Shown: positions 62,637 through 64,000 of the stretch, one piece after another
How the letters are laid out: each line of letters starts with the position of its first letter
Position numbering within the stretch: the stretch's first letter is position 1
From: Cirrosporium novae-zelandiae
Lineage: Eukaryota
Assembly: GCA_026023565.1 (NCBI GenBank)
Contig: JAPETS010000053.1
Location: forward strand, 1-64,000
Length of the DNA stretch: 64,000 nucleotides
Direction of reading: 5' to 3'
Translations under genes and position numbers: made by a program
Notes under the pieces: model-generated
What the model was told of the DNA's origin: nothing
What the model saw: the letters and a program-made list of their open reading frames with translations, nothing else
Database searches by the model: none

Positions 62637-63144
62637 TTCTACATACTTCCAGCCATTTAATCCATTCCGCGGCGACCGTAAAGCATAAAGTATAAAGTAT
62701 AAAAAAAAATTAACATAAAAGTAAAGTATAATAATTGCATCCCCGTTGTTCCCCGTCTGTCCCCCCTCCGTCCGGTGGGTGCCGATATAGGACAATGCAT
62801 GTATGCATGCATGTATAGGACATTGTGGGTTGGAACCTAAAAAAAAGAAAAGGATTGGAGCAAACAAACATTGAACCCTTTCCCTTTCTTATCTTTTACT
62901 CTCTTACTTTCACTCTCTCCCTCTCTCTTAGACTACCCGAAATGAAAAGAGAAGAGAAAAAAAAACGAAAGGAGGAAGGAAAGGAAAGGAAAAGAAAGGA
63001 AAGGAAAGGAAATATAGTATAGTATATTGGTAATTACTGTAGTTGGGGAGATTGGTAGGTAGGTAGATAGGTAGATAGTCTAACTGGAGATTAATTAATT
63101 ATCACCTCAATTCATTCCTAATCACTCACTCACTCACTCATTCA

Positions 63145-63188
<44 letters not shown>

Positions 63189-63190
63189 CA
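62560..63190. repeat. Microsatellite-dense tract: (TTCA)n, (CCCATA)n, (GGAAA)n, (CT)n
   Basis: Read directly from the sequence. Confidence 0.85.
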
Positions 63191-64000
63191 AGTCCTATTG
63201 TGTGCACTAGACTAATACCATAAACCCAATCCTCAATCTATTAATCCAATCACTAAATCACTAAATCCCTTCCGAAAGTAAAATAAAACTTGCCCAGATA
63301 CTTAATCTGTGTGACATGTCTATATTTGAGTTATGGTTGGATTAGGAAGAAGGAAGGCAAACAAAAAAAAAATCGGGGCACTTTAGATGGTGATAGTGAT
63401 AGTGATAATTAGTGCATAGTGGTGTTTGCTTAGATAGATAGATACACAGATACAAGTAATTACCTACCTACCTACCTACCTAGGTAATTAGTAATATTAG
63501 TTTAGTAGTTACAGTAGTTAATTAACAATTAACTTAACCCCCAACCCAAAAAAAAAAAAACAAAAAGGAAAAGAAAAAAAAACTAGTAGGGAAAAAAAAA
63601 AACGTGGCTACCCGCCACGAACTTATCCAGTGTTTTGCTAACTTCCCTAATTAACCAACACCAACCAAAAAACTAGCCCACGGAATCTAAACCCGGAGTC
63701 TACCCTAATTACTGTAACCCACGGAACACGGATTTGGAGCCAGGGGAAAGGAAAGAAAGTTATCCGTGTATCCGGTAATTATCCGTTCGCAATCGTAACC
63801 AGATCTGAAGTTGTCGTTGTCTGTAGTTGTCTGTGCCTGTATAACTAGTTAATTAGTTGGCTAGGTAATTAGGGCATTTAGGGATTTGTAAAAACAATTA
63901 ATTAATTTATCTTTATTTTCGTGTGTTGGTTTATATGGTTAATCAAGTTAGCCAAACACTGGACATTGGATCCTGAAGGCCCTGAAGGTTCATTGGCCAC

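Overview
Left end of a chromosome from a filamentous ascomycete (Pezizomycotina; the species cannot be determined from this window). It opens with about 20 CCCTAA telomere repeats and a roughly 730-bp AT-rich, RIP-like subtelomere, followed by a disrupted Vps4-like AAA ATPase. Conserved, mostly intron-containing genes then start almost at once: MscS-like channel, AP-2 alpha (APL3), Crd2-like metallothionein, a membrane protein, ARV1, VMA9, a sulfotransferase-family P-loop protein plus an internally inverted pseudogene of the same family, MDM35, RRP6, RasGAP, MSH2, AUR1, UTP30/CIC1-like, AIM24-family, an unknown conserved protein and LMW-PTP. I derived exon structures by hand from GT..CTAAY..AG signals and reading frames; product calls rest on motif recognition, not database searches. 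The most unusual signals are non-coding. (i) A 453-nt AIM24 intron holds a long imperfect stem, making it a candidate structured RNA or splicing switch. (ii) Low-complexity intergenic blocks between convergent 3' ends are eroded inverted duplications, one arm of which has amplified into a complex satellite. (iii) A repeated element near the window end contains a Pol III B-box match. (iv) Several genes switch from C-rich to G-rich synonymous usage near their 3' ends.
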